From contig JAHEHM010000066.1 of NCBI GenBank assembly GCA_024644585.1, forward strand, positions 16,479 through 80,478: a DNA stretch of 64,000 nt, given 5' to 3'. Positions 25,799-37,578 of this stretch are shown one piece after another. Origin of the DNA: Porticoccaceae bacterium. Its GTDB lineage: Bacteria > Pseudomonadota > Gammaproteobacteria > Pseudomonadales > Porticoccaceae. Both the position numbers and the translations under genes were made by a program. Position 1 is the first letter of the stretch; each line of letters starts with the position of its first letter. The notes beneath the pieces are model-generated. The model did no database searches and was not told the DNA's origin. It worked only from the letters and a program-made list of their open reading frames with translations.

Positions 25799-26761
25799 AT
25801 GAATAGAAAATTCTGTATCGCCCCGATGATGGACTGGACTGACCGCCACTGTCGCTATTTCTTGCGCCTGATTAGTCAGCATACGGTGCTGTACACCGAG
25901 ATGGTGACTACCGGTGCGATTATCTATGGCGATGCCCATCGTCATTTGCAGATGCATGAAGCAGAGCAACCGGTGGCTTTACAACTGGGGGGCAGTAACC
26001 CCGCCGATCTGGCGAAGGCGTGCAAGATTGCTAGCGACTATCACTACAATGAAATTAATCTTAACTGCGGTTGCCCCAGCGATCGGGTGCAGAATGGTAT
26101 GTTTGGCGCGATTATGATGAAGCATGCGCAGACTACGGCAGACTGTGTGAAAGCGATGGTGGATGCGGTGGATGTGCCGGTGACGGTTAAGCATCGTATT
26201 GGCGTGGATGATTTTGATTCTTATGAGTTTTTGACGGACTTTGTGGGCACTGTGGCTGATACAGGGTGCGAGACTTTTATTGTGCATGCGCGCAAGGCAT
26301 GGCTTAAGGGCTTAAGCCCAAAACAAAATCGTGAAATTCCTGAGCTTGATTATGGGCGGGTGTATCAGTTGAAACAGGATTTCCCTGAGCTTGAGATTAT
26401 TATTAATGGCGGCATCACTGACTTGGAGCAATCTAAACAGCATTTGACGAAGATTGATGGGGTAATGATTGGTCGAGAGGCTTATACTAACCCGTATTTG
26501 CTAGCGGACGTTGATCAGCAAATCTACGGCAGTAAAAATTCTATGCAAAGTCGTAAAAAAGTTGCTGAAGAGTTCATCCAATATGTGGATAATGAACTCT
26601 CTCAGAATATTAAACTCCAATCTATGACGCGACATATTTTGGGACTTTTTCATGGCATGCCTGGCGCAAGACAGTTTAGACGACATATTAGTGAAAATGC
26701 CCACCAACCTAACGCCACTATTGATGTGTTAATAGAGGCTTTGGCTAAGACAACAGGATAG
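25799..26761 (+). CDS. dusA: tRNA-dihydrouridine(20/20a) synthase DusA (intact)
   Basis: [23 protein letters not shown] plus an FMN-binding TIM-barrel. The ATG at 25799 is preferred over the TTG at 25793. Confidence 0.9.
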   Translation: MNRKFCIAPMMDWTDRHCRYFLRLISQHTVLYTEMVTTGAIIYGDAHRHLQMHEAEQPVALQLGGSNPADLAKACKIASDYHYNEINLNCGCPSDRVQNGMFGAIMMKHAQTTADCVKAMVDAVDVPVTVKHRIGVDDFDSYEFLTDFVGTVADTGCETFIVHARKAWLKGLSPKQNREIPELDYGRVYQLKQDFPELEIIINGGITDLEQSKQHLTKIDGVMIGREAYTNPYLLADVDQQIYGSKNSMQSRKKVAEEFIQYVDNELSQNIKLQSMTRHILGLFHGMPGARQFRRHISENAHQPNATIDVLIEALAKTTG

Positions 26762-26769
26762 ACAGATTT

Positions 26770-27732
26770 ATGAGTAACAAAAGCAAACTAGACCAACTAA
26801 AAGAAATAACCACTGTGGTTGCCGATACCGGTGATTTTGATGCGATTGCGCAGTATTCCCCTGAAGATGCAACCACTAACCCTTCCCTGTTGCTTAAGGC
26901 GGCGCAGATGCCGGCTTATCGTGGCCTAGTTGAGGATGTGATCAAATCAGTGACTACTGGCAAGCTATCATCTAAAGAACAGCTTGATGATTGCATGGAT
27001 AAATTAGCAGTGGGTTTTGGTGAGAAAATTCTTGAGACTATTCCGGGTCGAGTTTCTACTGAGGTGGATGCTCATTTGTCTTTTGACACCGAGGCATCGA
27101 TTGCTAAGGCGCGTCGTTTGATTGCGCTGTACGAACAGGCCGGTATTGATAAGAGCCGTGTACTGATCAAGATGGCGTCGACGTGGGAAGGAATTCGTGC
27201 CGCTGAACAGCTCGAAAAAGAAGGTATTAACTGTAACCTTACGCTTTTGTTTAGCTTTTCGCAGGCGGCCGCGGCAGCTGATGCCGGTGCTTTTTTAATC
27301 TCGCCTTTTGTGGGTCGTATTTTGGATTGGTACAAAGCTAATACCGGTCTTAATGATTATCCGCCAGAAGATGATCCCGGTGTTCAGTCGGTGACTCGCA
27401 TCTATAACTACTACAAGCAAACTGGCTATAACACCATTGTTATGGGCGCGAGCTTTAGAAACATTGAAGAAATCACTGAATTAGCTGGCTGTGACCGCTT
27501 AACCATTAGCCCGCAATTATTGTCTGCGCTGGGCGAAGACTATGGCACCCTAACCCGCAAGCTTGACCCTAGTAATACTGGTAAGCGCATTAATTATACT
27601 CAGGGTAATGAGAGTAAATTTAGATTTGAAATGAACGAGGATGCGATGGCCACTGAAAAGTTGGCTGAGGGTATTCGCGGCTTTGTGAAGGATCAAAATA
27701 AATTAGAAACTTGGCTGCGAGATATCGCTTAA
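26770..27732 (+). CDS. tal: Transaldolase
   Basis: [17 protein letters not shown]...ATTNPSLLL, and the active-site region KMASTWEGI with Lys. Confidence 0.95.
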   Translation: MSNKSKLDQLKEITTVVADTGDFDAIAQYSPEDATTNPSLLLKAAQMPAYRGLVEDVIKSVTTGKLSSKEQLDDCMDKLAVGFGEKILETIPGRVSTEVDAHLSFDTEASIAKARRLIALYEQAGIDKSRVLIKMASTWEGIRAAEQLEKEGINCNLTLLFSFSQAAAAADAGAFLISPFVGRILDWYKANTGLNDYPPEDDPGVQSVTRIYNYYKQTGYNTIVMGASFRNIEEITELAGCDRLTISPQLLSALGEDYGTLTRKLDPSNTGKRINYTQGNESKFRFEMNEDAMATEKLAEGIRGFVKDQNKLETWLRDIA

Positions 27733-28172
27733 TGCTGAGTAAGATCAAACAGCTGTTTGCTAAAAAAGAGCAACAGTCGGATCAAGAGAAGGTCGCTGAA
27801 GAGCATTTGGCTACAGCGGCCTTGCTAATCGAGGTGATGGTGATTGATGGTCATATGGATGATCAAGAGCTGCAATCGATTTGCGCTACCCTTTGCTCTA
27901 TTCTCGAGCTGGATAAAGGTCAGGTAGACGAGCTTATTACCCTGTCTAAAGCTGAGGTTGAAGATGCTACATCGCTGTATCAGTTTACTAAGCAGATTAA
28001 CGATCACTACGACCTAGAGGGCAAGCTTCAGTTGCTGACGTCTATGTGGAAAGTGGCTTACGCTGATGGTGAACTCGATAAACACGAAGAGAATATTATT
28101 CGACGGGTTGCTGACCTTCTGCATATCCGCCACAGCGAGTATATTCGCTGTAAGCTAGAGGCTAAAAGTTAG
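27732..28172 (+). CDS. TerB-family (tellurite-resistance-like / DjlA N-domain-like) protein
   Basis: Paired DGxxDxxE motifs (VIDGHMDDQELQ; YADGELDKHEE). The start is placed at the ATG in a TAATG overlap with the tal stop, rather than at the upstream alternative start at 27711. Confidence 0.65.
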   Translation: MLSKIKQLFAKKEQQSDQEKVAEEHLATAALLIEVMVIDGHMDDQELQSICATLCSILELDKGQVDELITLSKAEVEDATSLYQFTKQINDHYDLEGKLQLLTSMWKVAYADGELDKHEENIIRRVADLLHIRHSEYIRCKLEAKS

Positions 28173-28206
28173 ACGCTAAGATTTAGAGGCCAAAAGAACA
28201 ACAGGC

Positions 28207-29292
28207 TTAGACGGGGTCTAAGCCGGATTCTACATCTGCATTTTGCGCACGATGACGCAGGTAATGATCCATTAATGTAATGGCGAGCATAGCCTCTGCG
28301 ATCGGCACAGCACGAATACCCACACAGGGATCATGCCGGCCTTTGGTCACTACTTCAGCCGCATTACCATGTTTATCAATGGATTGACCCGGCAGACGAA
28401 TACTTGAGGTTGGCTTAATCGCTAAATGAGCAACAATATCTTGGCCCGATGAAATTCCACCTAAAACACCGCCTGAATTATTGGATAAAAAGCCTTCTGG
28501 GGTAATTTCATCGCGGTGTTCAGTACCCTTTTGCGCGACAACTTCAAAACCTGCACCCATTTCTACGCCCTTTACGGCGTTAATACCCATCAGCGCATAG
28601 GCTATGTCGGCATCAAGGCGATCAAATACCGGCTCGCCTAAACCCACAGGCATATTGCGCGCTTCGACAGTAACTTTTGCGCCCACTGAATTACCTTCTT
28701 TGCCCAGTGCCTGCATATAGGTTTCTAAATCAGCGACCTTGTCGGCATCAGGAAAAAAGAATGGGTTGGTTTCGATCACGTCGCGATCGAAATTTTCAGG
28801 AATCACAGGACCCAACTGAGAAACATAACCAAAGATATCAATGCCCAGCTGTTGCTTGAGGTATTTTTTGGCAATCGCACCGGCGGCAACACGCATCGCT
28901 GTTTCGCGCGCGGAACTACGTCCACCCCCACGGTAATCACGCTCACCGTATTTTTGGTGATAGGTGTAATCGGCATGGGCCGGACGGAATAGGTCTTTAA
29001 TATTGCCGTAGTCTTTGGATTTTTGATCTTTATTATTAATGATCATGCCAATGGCGGTACCGGTGGTTTTACCCTCAAAAATACCCGAGAGAATTTGCAC
29101 CTCGTCGTCTTCTTTGCGTTGGGTGGTATATCTAGACTGGCCAGGTTTGCGGCGATCGAGATCCGGCTGTAGGTCAGCGGCACTGATTTCTAGCCCTGGA
29201 GGGCAACCATCAACAATACACCCGATAGCAGGCCCATGGCTTTCGCCAAAGCTAGTGACGGTAAATAATTTTCCAATGGTATTGCCGGCCAT
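28207..29292 (-). CDS. aroC: Chorismate synthase
   Basis: [33 protein letters not shown]; 361 aa. Confidence 0.95.
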   Translation of the reverse strand: MAGNTIGKLFTVTSFGESHGPAIGCIVDGCPPGLEISAADLQPDLDRRKPGQSRYTTQRKEDDEVQILSGIFEGKTTGTAIGMIINNKDQKSKDYGNIKDLFRPAHADYTYHQKYGERDYRGGGRSSARETAMRVAAGAIAKKYLKQQLGIDIFGYVSQLGPVIPENFDRDVIETNPFFFPDADKVADLETYMQALGKEGNSVGAKVTVEARNMPVGLGEPVFDRLDADIAYALMGINAVKGVEMGAGFEVVAQKGTEHRDEITPEGFLSNNSGGVLGGISSGQDIVAHLAIKPTSSIRLPGQSIDKHGNAAEVVTKGRHDPCVGIRAVPIAEAMLAITLMDHYLRHRAQNADVESGLDPV

Positions 29293-29396
29293 AAGATTCT
29301 CAGTGCTTTAAGTTAAATTAAAAAATTGATTATACGCAAATTAGCTGTGCTTTTGCATAGCCTATCTATGATTCATATCTATGATTCATAGCTTTG

Positions 29397-30302
29397 TTAG
29401 TTAAAACTCGCGGCATAGGCCTGTAACTGGTCGTAGGTTAGGACAAATACACCGCTATCGCCTTCACTGAATTCTAGCCAGGTAAAGGGCACTTCGGGGA
29501 ATGCGCGATCCAGTGCTACCGAGGAGTTTCCTACCTCAACCACCAGCACTCCCCGCTGAGTAAGATATTCTGCGGCCTGTTTTAATAGCCGACGGGTAAA
29601 ATCTAGCCCATCATCACCCGAGGCTAGGGCTAATTCGGGTTCATGGGAAAATTCATCGGGCATCTGTGCCAAATCGTTGGCATCTACATAGGGCGGGTTG
29701 CTAACAATTAGATCAAAGCTGTTTTTAGCACGACTATCAAAACCCGAGAATAAATCCGATTCAATTGCCGTTACACGGTGACTTAAATCGTGCTTTTGAA
29801 TATTGATATCGGTGACTTCAAGGGCTTCTTGAGAGATATCACTGAGTACTACCTGTGCCTGTTCAAAGGCATAGGCGCAGGCAATGCCAATACAGCCACT
29901 GCCGGTACAAAGATCTAAAACCTTGCGTGGCTCATTGCCACACCAGGGCTGAAACTGGTTGTAAACTAGCTCGGCGATTGGTGAGCGCGGCACGATAACC
30001 CGCTCATCCACATAAAAAGGTAAGGAGCAAAACCATGCCTGTTTGGTTATGTAGGGCGCGGGAACTCGCTCATTGATGCGTCGCTGAAACAGCGCTTCAA
30101 TTTTATTTTGCTCGGCTACAGGAACGCTGTTGTCGAGCAATGAACGATCTGCATTTGGCGGCAAATCAAGCACATGGGATAAGAGATACACCGCTTCATC
30201 CCATGCATTATCTGTTCCATGACCAAAATAAACATCGCTTTGTTCAAATAGAATTTGACCATATTCGAGCATTTCGCCAATGGTTTTTGTTGGTGTCGAC
30301 AC
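29397..30302 (-). CDS. prmB: 50S ribosomal protein L3 N5-glutamine methyltransferase
   Basis: HemK/PrmB family with DLCTGSGCIG and NPPY. Conserved prmB-aroC adjacency. Confidence 0.85.
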   Translation of the reverse strand: MSTPTKTIGEMLEYGQILFEQSDVYFGHGTDNAWDEAVYLLSHVLDLPPNADRSLLDNSVPVAEQNKIEALFQRRINERVPAPYITKQAWFCSLPFYVDERVIVPRSPIAELVYNQFQPWCGNEPRKVLDLCTGSGCIGIACAYAFEQAQVVLSDISQEALEVTDINIQKHDLSHRVTAIESDLFSGFDSRAKNSFDLIVSNPPYVDANDLAQMPDEFSHEPELALASGDDGLDFTRRLLKQAAEYLTQRGVLVVEVGNSSVALDRAFPEVPFTWLEFSEGDSGVFVLTYDQLQAYAASFN

Positions 30303-30437
30303 TGTTTTGCCTCGTTGGCTTACTTATATTGCACTATTATTGCATTTTTATTGGACTATTTTACCCTTCTCGCTAGCAATGGTCTGTAGTTTATTGGAAA
30401 ATGGTCTTGCAGTATCCAATAAAAAAGAGGGTAAGAC

Positions 30438-30983
30438 ATGAGAGACGAATATCTAAAAATAATACAAAGCACTGGCGAAGACGTTACACGCCCTGGCCTT
30501 TTAGATACTCCAGATCGTGCTGCTAAGGCGTTTGAATATCTAACTAGCGGTTACCACATGGATCTTAAGGAAGTGATTAATGACGCACTCTTCCCTTCTG
30601 ATTCTGAAGAAATGGTGATTGTTAAAGATATCGAATTGTTTTCTCTCTGTGAACATCACCTCTTACCCTTTATCGGCAAATGTCATGTTGCCTATATCCC
30701 CAGCGGTAAGGTTATCGGTTTATCTAAGGTAGCCCGCATTGTGGATATGTTTGCTCGTCGTCTGCAAATTCAAGAGGCCTTAGCTCAGCAAATCGCTTCG
30801 ACTATTCAGGAGGCCACTAGTGCACTTGGCGTGGGTGTTATTGTTGAAGCCAAGCATATGTGTATGATGATGCGCGGTGTTGAGAAGCAAAACTCTTCGA
30901 TGAAAACATCGGCTATGTTGGGTTCTTTCCGCACTGATCAGGCAACCCGTACTGAGTTTTTGACGCTTTTAGGCAATCAGTAA
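30438..30983 (+). CDS. folE: GTP cyclohydrolase I (FolE type 1)
   Basis: [21 protein letters not shown] and HMCMMMRGV motifs. Confidence 0.95.
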   Translation: MRDEYLKIIQSTGEDVTRPGLLDTPDRAAKAFEYLTSGYHMDLKEVINDALFPSDSEEMVIVKDIELFSLCEHHLLPFIGKCHVAYIPSGKVIGLSKVARIVDMFARRLQIQEALAQQIASTIQEATSALGVGVIVEAKHMCMMMRGVEKQNSSMKTSAMLGSFRTDQATRTEFLTLLGNQ

Positions 30984-31018
30984 ACAATCAATAAACTCGC
31001 TAATTTGCAGGCGTAACT

Positions 31019-31873
31019 TTATCCGAAAAATTGTTGCGCCTTATGAGCCACCTGTTCGGCCTGATCTTCGAGATGCAGATGGTGTGAACCTGCCATAGAA
31101 ACCACTTCAATATGCGGCACCCAGTCCAATAGTTGCGGCTGTATAGGGCCGGACAACAGACCACTTTCGGCCTTTATCAGCATAATCGGACATTTAATAG
31201 CGGTAAAAAAGCTTTCGCATTGATCTTTAGTAAAGGTCACCATCGACGATGCCTTGAGTCGCTGATCATTGCGCCATGAAAACTTGCCATCTACCTCAAC
31301 CACACCGCGCTCGGCTAGAATCACTGCGGCGGCTTCTTGAAGCGGCACAAATCCATTAACTCGGGCATTGACTGCATCGGCCATAGTATTAAAAGATGAG
31401 GGTGAAAAGGCTCTAAACTTTTGACTATCAGTAATGGCCTTAGCTAACTGTGCCGCAGCATTAGCGGGCTTGTTAGGAATCGGGAAATAGCTATCAATTA
31501 ATAGGCTATGGGTAACTAACTCAGGGAAGGTGCCGGCCACCAGCGCAGATACAATAGCGCCTCGTGAATGACCCAATAATGCAAAGCGATCCCAGTTCAT
31601 CTGCTGAGAAATAGCCACCACATCGGCTATATCTTGCCAAATATCGTAACCGGAATCGGCTGAGCGAAAGCCACTTTGACTATGGCCCGCCATGTCCACA
31701 GCAATCACATGCATGCCCTCTAAAAAGGGCAGCATCTTATCGAAGCTATTGGCATTATCTAGCCAGCCATGCAGAGCAATAATGGGCTTACCCTCGGGGG
31801 TACCCCATTCTTTGGCGGCGAGCTGAACCCCATTGGACTCAAAGGTGCGATGCTGTACAAATTCAATTGGCAT
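31019..31873 (-). CDS. Alpha/beta-fold hydrolase
   Basis: HGWLDN oxyanion region and the GHSRG nucleophile elbow. Confidence 0.75.
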   Translation of the reverse strand: MPIEFVQHRTFESNGVQLAAKEWGTPEGKPIIALHGWLDNANSFDKMLPFLEGMHVIAVDMAGHSQSGFRSADSGYDIWQDIADVVAISQQMNWDRFALLGHSRGAIVSALVAGTFPELVTHSLLIDSYFPIPNKPANAAAQLAKAITDSQKFRAFSPSSFNTMADAVNARVNGFVPLQEAAAVILAERGVVEVDGKFSWRNDQRLKASSMVTFTKDQCESFFTAIKCPIMLIKAESGLLSGPIQPQLLDWVPHIEVVSMAGSHHLHLEDQAEQVAHKAQQFFG

Positions 31874-32315
31874 GATGTATCCAGTTTAATGTAGCGAGAT
31901 CTCTATACGCATGGTTCATCGATAACGATGCCAAGCTTGCGGTTGCCATTCGAGCAACGCTGTCTCCAACAAAATAATTTATGAGTTGATCTAACAGTGG
32001 CAAATGACCCACTAGCAGTATTCTCTGGCTGTTATTTTTTTCTAGTAATTGCTCAACCTCTGCAACCCGAGCATTGGGCAATAGGCAGTCCGTTATCTGT
32101 GGCGGGCAATGAATAGATGCCTGCGACATAACAAGCTCAGCGGTTTGGCGTGCGCGAACAAGTGGGCTGGTTATGACAGATTCTATGGCCGCCAAGCTCT
32201 GACTATGCTGCTTGGCCTGTGTGATCACCTGCTGTCGACCCTGATCCGATAACTGTCTTTGGCTATCTGGAAAGCTATTTTCTGCATCGCCATGACGCAG
32301 GATATAAAGCTCCAT
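31863..32315 (-). CDS. sixA: Phosphohistidine phosphatase SixA
   Basis: LYILRHGDA with the catalytic RHG motif; 150 aa. Confidence 0.8.
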   Translation of the reverse strand: MELYILRHGDAENSFPDSQRQLSDQGRQQVITQAKQHSQSLAAIESVITSPLVRARQTAELVMSQASIHCPPQITDCLLPNARVAEVEQLLEKNNSQRILLVGHLPLLDQLINYFVGDSVARMATASLASLSMNHAYRDLATLNWIHHAN

Positions 32316-32338
32316 TCAGATCTTTAAGGGTAGATGAA

Positions 32339-32740
32339 TTATTTGCTATTGTCTTTTTCTGCCGCTGAATCACCCGCAGTAAAAGATGGGATATCGTCAT
32401 CTTCCGCTTCGACAAATTCAACGTCCTCAACCTCTTCTGGCGAAGCCACTGAGTAGCCCTCTGTAGCATCTAGCACCGGCCATTCATCAAAGGGGAATGG
32501 CTTGTCATTGCTATTAAAGGTTAAAAACATAATGGCTTGATAAACCCACTTACCCAAGCCCTGCCCTAAGTTGCGTAAATTTTCGTTATCCTTACCAAAG
32601 ACCAGTACCAGTGCAAACTGTACAACCACCACTATGCTTACCACTAGGCGAGCGGCCATTACCAATACTGCAAATAGCACCATATAGGCGAGTCTTATCC
32701 ATGTATCTACATTTGTTAGGGACATATTTCCATTAATCAT
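32339..32740 (-). CDS. DUF4389-like small membrane protein with an acidic C-terminal tail
   Basis: Two TM helices followed by FLTFNSNDKPFPFDEWP. 8-nt overlap with gpsA. Confidence 0.5.
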   Translation of the reverse strand: MINGNMSLTNVDTWIRLAYMVLFAVLVMAARLVVSIVVVVQFALVLVFGKDNENLRNLGQGLGKWVYQAIMFLTFNSNDKPFPFDEWPVLDATEGYSVASPEEVEDVEFVEAEDDDIPSFTAGDSAAEKDNSK

Positions 32741-33806
32741 TTGCTTTCACCGTAAATTCAACATCTGTGTTTTGTTCTGCCAACATCATTGTTTTCAATG
32801 ATTCTACAATCGAGAGACCCTCGAACATTGTCGAGTATAAGCCTGAAGCTAGGGGCATGTATATGCCAAGTTCTTCAGACTTTTGTTTTACTAATTTTGT
32901 GGTATTTATACCCTCGGCAATTTGTCCTACAGAGGCAATAGCCTGCTCTAATGTCTCACCGCGACCTAGGGCTGTGCCAATTCGAAAATTGCGACTTAGA
33001 GGTGAGGTACAGGTTACATACAAATCACCTACGCCACTTAAACCTAAAAAGGTTAGGGGGTTTGCGCCTAATTTAGCGGCAAACCGACTCATTTCCGCTA
33101 GGCTTCGGGTTAACACCACACTCTTGGTGTTCTGTCCTGCGTTCATCGACTCGGCTATACCCGAAACAATGGCATAAATATTTTTAAGGGCTCCACCTAA
33201 CTCTACACCATAGCGATCATGGTTGGCGTAAACTCGAAAATAGTTAGACGCCAGTAGCTCTTGAACTCTTGCACAGAGCACCTCTGATTCACTGGCAATC
33301 ACTGTGGCAGTAATTTGGAACTGGGCAATTTCTGCGGCCAAATTAGGACCACTGATAACCCCCACTTCACACTGGGGTATTTCCTGTTCGAGAATTTGGC
33401 TCGGTAGCATAAAGCTATCAGCCTCAATACCTTTGGCGGTACTAATCAAAAGGGTATCCGCAGACAACAGTGGCTGAGCTTTGCGCGCCAACTGCCGAAA
33501 GGAACTACTGGGCACGGCAAAAAACACCACATCGACCTGTTCCAAGGCTTGATTTAAGTCGGTGGTTAAATTGAGCGATTTGTTTAGCTGGTACCCGGGC
33601 AGGTAATTTGAATTTTCACCGGTTTCCTGTATCTGCTTCAGACTGTCTTCACTGCGCATCCACAGGGTCACTGAATAGTTATTCACTGCCACCATATTGG
33701 CAATTGCAGTACCAAAACTACCACCACCCAACACTGCTATTTTTAGCTTATTCGTATTTTCCAATTGAGTCTTCTCCAACAAGGCCCTTGGCTTTATGCA
33801 TTGCAT
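32733..33806 (-). CDS. gpsA: NAD(P)H-dependent glycerol-3-phosphate dehydrogenase
   Basis: KIAVLGGGSFGTAIA Rossmann motif and the GALKNIYAI region. Confidence 0.9.
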   Translation of the reverse strand: MQCIKPRALLEKTQLENTNKLKIAVLGGGSFGTAIANMVAVNNYSVTLWMRSEDSLKQIQETGENSNYLPGYQLNKSLNLTTDLNQALEQVDVVFFAVPSSSFRQLARKAQPLLSADTLLISTAKGIEADSFMLPSQILEQEIPQCEVGVISGPNLAAEIAQFQITATVIASESEVLCARVQELLASNYFRVYANHDRYGVELGGALKNIYAIVSGIAESMNAGQNTKSVVLTRSLAEMSRFAAKLGANPLTFLGLSGVGDLYVTCTSPLSRNFRIGTALGRGETLEQAIASVGQIAEGINTTKLVKQKSEELGIYMPLASGLYSTMFEGLSIVESLKTMMLAEQNTDVEFTVKAND

Positions 33807-33842
33807 TATAGGTAGTGCAACAGTGGATGTCAGCCTTGATAT

Positions 33843-33875
33843 AAAAAAAGCGCCCTATCTAGAGCGCTTTTTTTG
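33843..33875 (-). terminator. Rho-independent terminator downstream of htpG
   Basis: AAAGCGC-N10-GCGCTTT hairpin with T-runs on both strands, 12 nt after the htpG stop. Confidence 0.65.
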
Positions 33876-33886
33876 GTTTAGATATC

Positions 33887-35830
33887 TTATTGAAACATCA
33901 GTTTATTGAGTTCCTGCACAAACTGCGCGGGGTTCTCTAACTGCCTGCCGGCTGACAATGCGGCTTGGTCGAATAACACCGAGGCCAAACGCCCTGCATT
34001 TTCATCATCTTTTTCGTCCACTAGCTTAGCCACTAAGGGGTGTTCCATGTTGAGCTCTAGTATAGGTTTGGTTTCTGGCACTGCCTGACCTGCCGCCTGC
34101 ATGATTTTTCGCATCTGCTCACCCATATCATCCTGACCCACCACTAAACAGGCCGGTGAAGTAGTTAGGCGATTGGTGCTTTTAACCGCTTCAACCTTAG
34201 TTTCCAATAGGCCTTTAACACGCTCTAGCAAGGCATCTTCAGCTGTTTGATCTTTCTTTTCGGCCTTAGACTTGCTGTCTTTATCAGTCTTGTCATCTTC
34301 ACCAATAATAGCGCTTAGGTCGAGATCACCACGAGCGACATCTTGGAAGGATTTGCCATCAAACTCTGTCAAATAGCCCATCATCCACTCATCAATACGA
34401 TCAGACATGAGTATCACTTCAATGCCATGCTTGCGGAACACTTCTAAATAGGGGCTGTTAGCAACCACTGAATGACTGTCGCCGGTCACATAATAAATCT
34501 TGTCCTGACCCTCTTTCATACGCTCAATATAATCAGTTAGGCTAACTGATGGATCAGTTCCCTCGCTGGTTGAGCTGGCAAATCTGAATAATTTGGCAAT
34601 TTTTTCGCGATTGCCATTATCTTCACTGGGGCCTTCTTTAAGAACTGCACCAAACTGATTCCAGAATGTCGCATACTTTTCGGGTTCGCTTTTTGCCATT
34701 TTAGCCAGCATATCTAGGATACGCTTGGTCAAGGCCGAGCGAATACTATCAACCATCGGTGTGCTCTGTAGTATTTCACGAGACACATTCAACGGAAGGT
34801 CGGCACTGTCCAATACGCCTTTTACAAAACGCAGGTACATGGGTAAGAACTGCTCAGCGTCATCCATAATAAATGTGCGCTTGATATACAGTTTTAAACC
34901 CCTTGCCGCTTCACGCTGGTAGAGGTCCATTGGTGCCATACCGGGGATATACAGCAAGCTGGTGTATTCGTGCTTGCCTTCTACGCGGTTGTGGCTCCAA
35001 CTTAATGGCTCGGCAAAATCATGGGAAATATGTCGGTAGAATTCATTGTACTCATCATCACTGACTTCGCTGCGTGATTTTGTCCACAACGCTTTGGCAT
35101 CATTAATGGCTTCCCATTCAGGGGCTTGATCTGCTTTGGGCTCTTCGCCCTCTTGCGCTGGCGGCTGAATTTTTTCCATCTGCACGGGAATAGCAATATG
35201 ATCAGAGTATTTTTTGATAATGCTTCGCAGGCGCCAGTTATTGGCAAACTCTTGCTCATCATCTTTTAGAATCAATGTGATACTGGTTCCGCGATCGGCT
35301 TTTTCAATAGACTCAACCTTAAAGTCAGCTTCACCCTCTGAGGTCCAGCGTACCGCTTCGTTGGCTGCTTCACCCGCACGTCGAGTCTCTACTACAACCT
35401 GCTTGGCTACGATAAAAGAAGAATAGAAACCCACACCAAACTGACCGATTAATTGGGAATCTTTCTTTTGATCACCGGTAAGGTTTTTAAGAAATTCAGA
35501 AGTACCCGATTTAGCAATGGTACCTAGGTTAGCAATAACCTCATCTTTTGACATACCAATACCATTGTCAGAAATCTCAATGGTTTTAGCCTCTTCATTG
35601 ACCGCAATTCTAATTCTAAGCTCGCCATCACTTTCGTATAGCGCGCTGTTTTCCAAGGCTTCAACACGCAACTTATCAGTTGCATCGGATGCATTAGAAA
35701 TTAATTCGCGTAAGAATATTTCTTTGTTGGAATATAAAGAATGAATCATTAACTGAAGCAATTGTTTTGCTTCAGTTTGGAAACCCATGGTTTCTGCTTT
35801 GCTTTTGGACTTTGCTGTCATTTCTGCCAT
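33887..35830 (-). CDS. htpG: Molecular chaperone HtpG (Hsp90)
   Basis: [27 protein letters not shown] and the GQFGVGFYS motif; 647 aa. AGGAGA RBS. Confidence 0.95.
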   Translation of the reverse strand: MAEMTAKSKSKAETMGFQTEAKQLLQLMIHSLYSNKEIFLRELISNASDATDKLRVEALENSALYESDGELRIRIAVNEEAKTIEISDNGIGMSKDEVIANLGTIAKSGTSEFLKNLTGDQKKDSQLIGQFGVGFYSSFIVAKQVVVETRRAGEAANEAVRWTSEGEADFKVESIEKADRGTSITLILKDDEQEFANNWRLRSIIKKYSDHIAIPVQMEKIQPPAQEGEEPKADQAPEWEAINDAKALWTKSRSEVSDDEYNEFYRHISHDFAEPLSWSHNRVEGKHEYTSLLYIPGMAPMDLYQREAARGLKLYIKRTFIMDDAEQFLPMYLRFVKGVLDSADLPLNVSREILQSTPMVDSIRSALTKRILDMLAKMAKSEPEKYATFWNQFGAVLKEGPSEDNGNREKIAKLFRFASSTSEGTDPSVSLTDYIERMKEGQDKIYYVTGDSHSVVANSPYLEVFRKHGIEVILMSDRIDEWMMGYLTEFDGKSFQDVARGDLDLSAIIGEDDKTDKDSKSKAEKKDQTAEDALLERVKGLLETKVEAVKSTNRLTTSPACLVVGQDDMGEQMRKIMQAAGQAVPETKPILELNMEHPLVAKLVDEKDDENAGRLASVLFDQAALSAGRQLENPAQFVQELNKLMFQ

Positions 35831-35878
35831 CTCTCCTAGTTAAACCTAATCTTCGGCAATTTTTTTGCCTCTGTTATC

Positions 35879-35907
35879 TAGGTGAGGGCAAAAAACCAAA
35901 TTTCAAG
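35879..35907 (-). promoter_or_regulatory. Sigma-32-like heat-shock promoter for htpG
   Basis: The minus strand reads CTTGAAA-N12-CCCTCACCTA, compared with the consensus CTTGAAA-N13-15-CCCCATNT. It is about 50 nt upstream of the ATG. Confidence 0.4.
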
Positions 35908-35943
35908 TCGCCACTAGTACAGAAATGGCAGTTTTTTTAACAA

Positions 35944-37509
35944 TTATGCCAGACTGTCGTCTGCCACAAAGTATTTAGGATCTTCGATTACGTTAACTTC
36001 AACCAGATTACCGGCTTTGGTCAACAGTCTGCGACATTCTTCACTCAGATGAACTAGATGAAGGTTTTTTCCAGCCTTCAAATATCGCTCAGCCAAAGTA
36101 TCTATGGCCTCGAGACCCGAGTGATCAGCAACCCGCGAACGTGCAAAATCAATTACCACATCGTCATTATCAGCCTTGGGATCAAAGCGCTCTAAAAATG
36201 AGGTAACCGAGCCAAAGAATAATGGGCCTGTTACTGCATAGACTGTTGAACCCTTATGATCTTCTCTGGCTTCAATGCGAATATACTTGGCATGTTGCCA
36301 AGCGAAAACTAGGGCAGAAACTATCACACCTACAACCACTGCTACCGCTAAATCTGTAGCTACCGTAACACCAGAAACCAAGACTAAAATTAGCGCATCA
36401 GTTTTGGGTACCTTGCCGATAATTCTGAAGCTCGACCATTCAAAGGTACCAATCACTACAATAAACATCACACCGATGAGTGCTGCCAATGGGATCTGTT
36501 CGATCAATGGCGATGCAACTAATATAAATAACAATAAAAACAGTGCTGCACTGATACCCGAGAGACGTCCACGACCACCAGAATTCACATTAATCATGCT
36601 TTGCCCGATCATGGCACAACCACCCATGCCACCAAAGAAACCTGTCACCGTATTAGCCACACCCTGACCAATACATTCTTTGTTACCACGACCACGGGTT
36701 TCAGTAATTTCATCAATAAGGCGTAATGTCAGTAATGACTCAATCAATCCAATGGCCGCCAAAATAATCGCATAAGGCAAAATAATCATTAGTGTTTCAA
36801 AGGTAAATGGCACCATTGGAATGTGGAAAGAGGGTAAGCCGCCGCTGATTGAGGCCACATCACCCACCACCTTAGTGTCTAGATCAAAACCTAATACCAA
36901 GCCTGTGACCACTAAAATAGCCGCCAGTGAGGACGGAATTGCTCTAGTGATTTTAGGTAAGAAATAAATAATCAACATAGTCAGGAAGACCAGCCCAAGT
37001 AGCATAGTCATGGCACTGCCCTGCAACCATGCCACATCAACAATTGTGCCCTGCATGAAGGTGCCGTCTAACCAACCCGGTTGACCGGCCTCGCCAAACT
37101 GACCCAGTTGCGCGAGAAAAATAACAATCGCTAAACCGTTAACAAAGCCCAGCATTACGGGGTGGGGAACCATTCGAATAAACTTACCCAGTTTAAATAT
37201 TCCTGCAGCAATTTGCAGGATACCCATGAGTACCACAGTGATAAACAGGTATTCAACACCATGCTGAGCCACCAAAGAAACCATGACTACGGCTAAGGCA
37301 CCGGTAGCACCACTAATCATACCCGGGCGACCGCCAATCACTGCTGTGATAAGACCCACCATAAAGGCGGCATACAGGCCTACTAGCGGCTCTACACCAG
37401 CTACAAAGGCAAAAGCCACAGCTTCGGGCACCAACGCTAGGGCTACGGTGAGACCAGATAGTAGGTCGTTTTTAAAGGTTGCTACTTTGCTTAGCTGAAA
37501 TTCAAACAT
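35944..37509 (-). CDS. SulP-family anion (sulfate) permease with a C-terminal STAS domain
   Basis: [23 protein letters not shown] signature, a polytopic core and a STAS tail. The ATG at 37509 is preferred over the TTG at 37554. Confidence 0.85.
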   Translation of the reverse strand: MFEFQLSKVATFKNDLLSGLTVALALVPEAVAFAFVAGVEPLVGLYAAFMVGLITAVIGGRPGMISGATGALAVVMVSLVAQHGVEYLFITVVLMGILQIAAGIFKLGKFIRMVPHPVMLGFVNGLAIVIFLAQLGQFGEAGQPGWLDGTFMQGTIVDVAWLQGSAMTMLLGLVFLTMLIIYFLPKITRAIPSSLAAILVVTGLVLGFDLDTKVVGDVASISGGLPSFHIPMVPFTFETLMIILPYAIILAAIGLIESLLTLRLIDEITETRGRGNKECIGQGVANTVTGFFGGMGGCAMIGQSMINVNSGGRGRLSGISAALFLLLFILVASPLIEQIPLAALIGVMFIVVIGTFEWSSFRIIGKVPKTDALILVLVSGVTVATDLAVAVVVGVIVSALVFAWQHAKYIRIEAREDHKGSTVYAVTGPLFFGSVTSFLERFDPKADNDDVVIDFARSRVADHSGLEAIDTLAERYLKAGKNLHLVHLSEECRRLLTKAGNLVEVNVIEDPKYFVADDSLA

Positions 37510-37578
37510 TAATTTATCTTCTCTAAATAAGGGTTTCAAACAGAGCTCAGTCAAAAACGATGAGCCGAGTAAAAGTGA

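Larger units (their letters stand above)
14611..25836. mobile_element. About 11.2-kb genomic island inserted in the 5' end of dusA (dusA-targeting island type), with no recombinase gene
   Basis: Direct duplication of the dusA 5' coding sequence at both ends. The interior is visibly AT-richer than the flanks. Cargo is nucleases, a methyltransferase and a helicase. Direct-repeat clusters lie next to both junctions. Confidence 0.7.
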
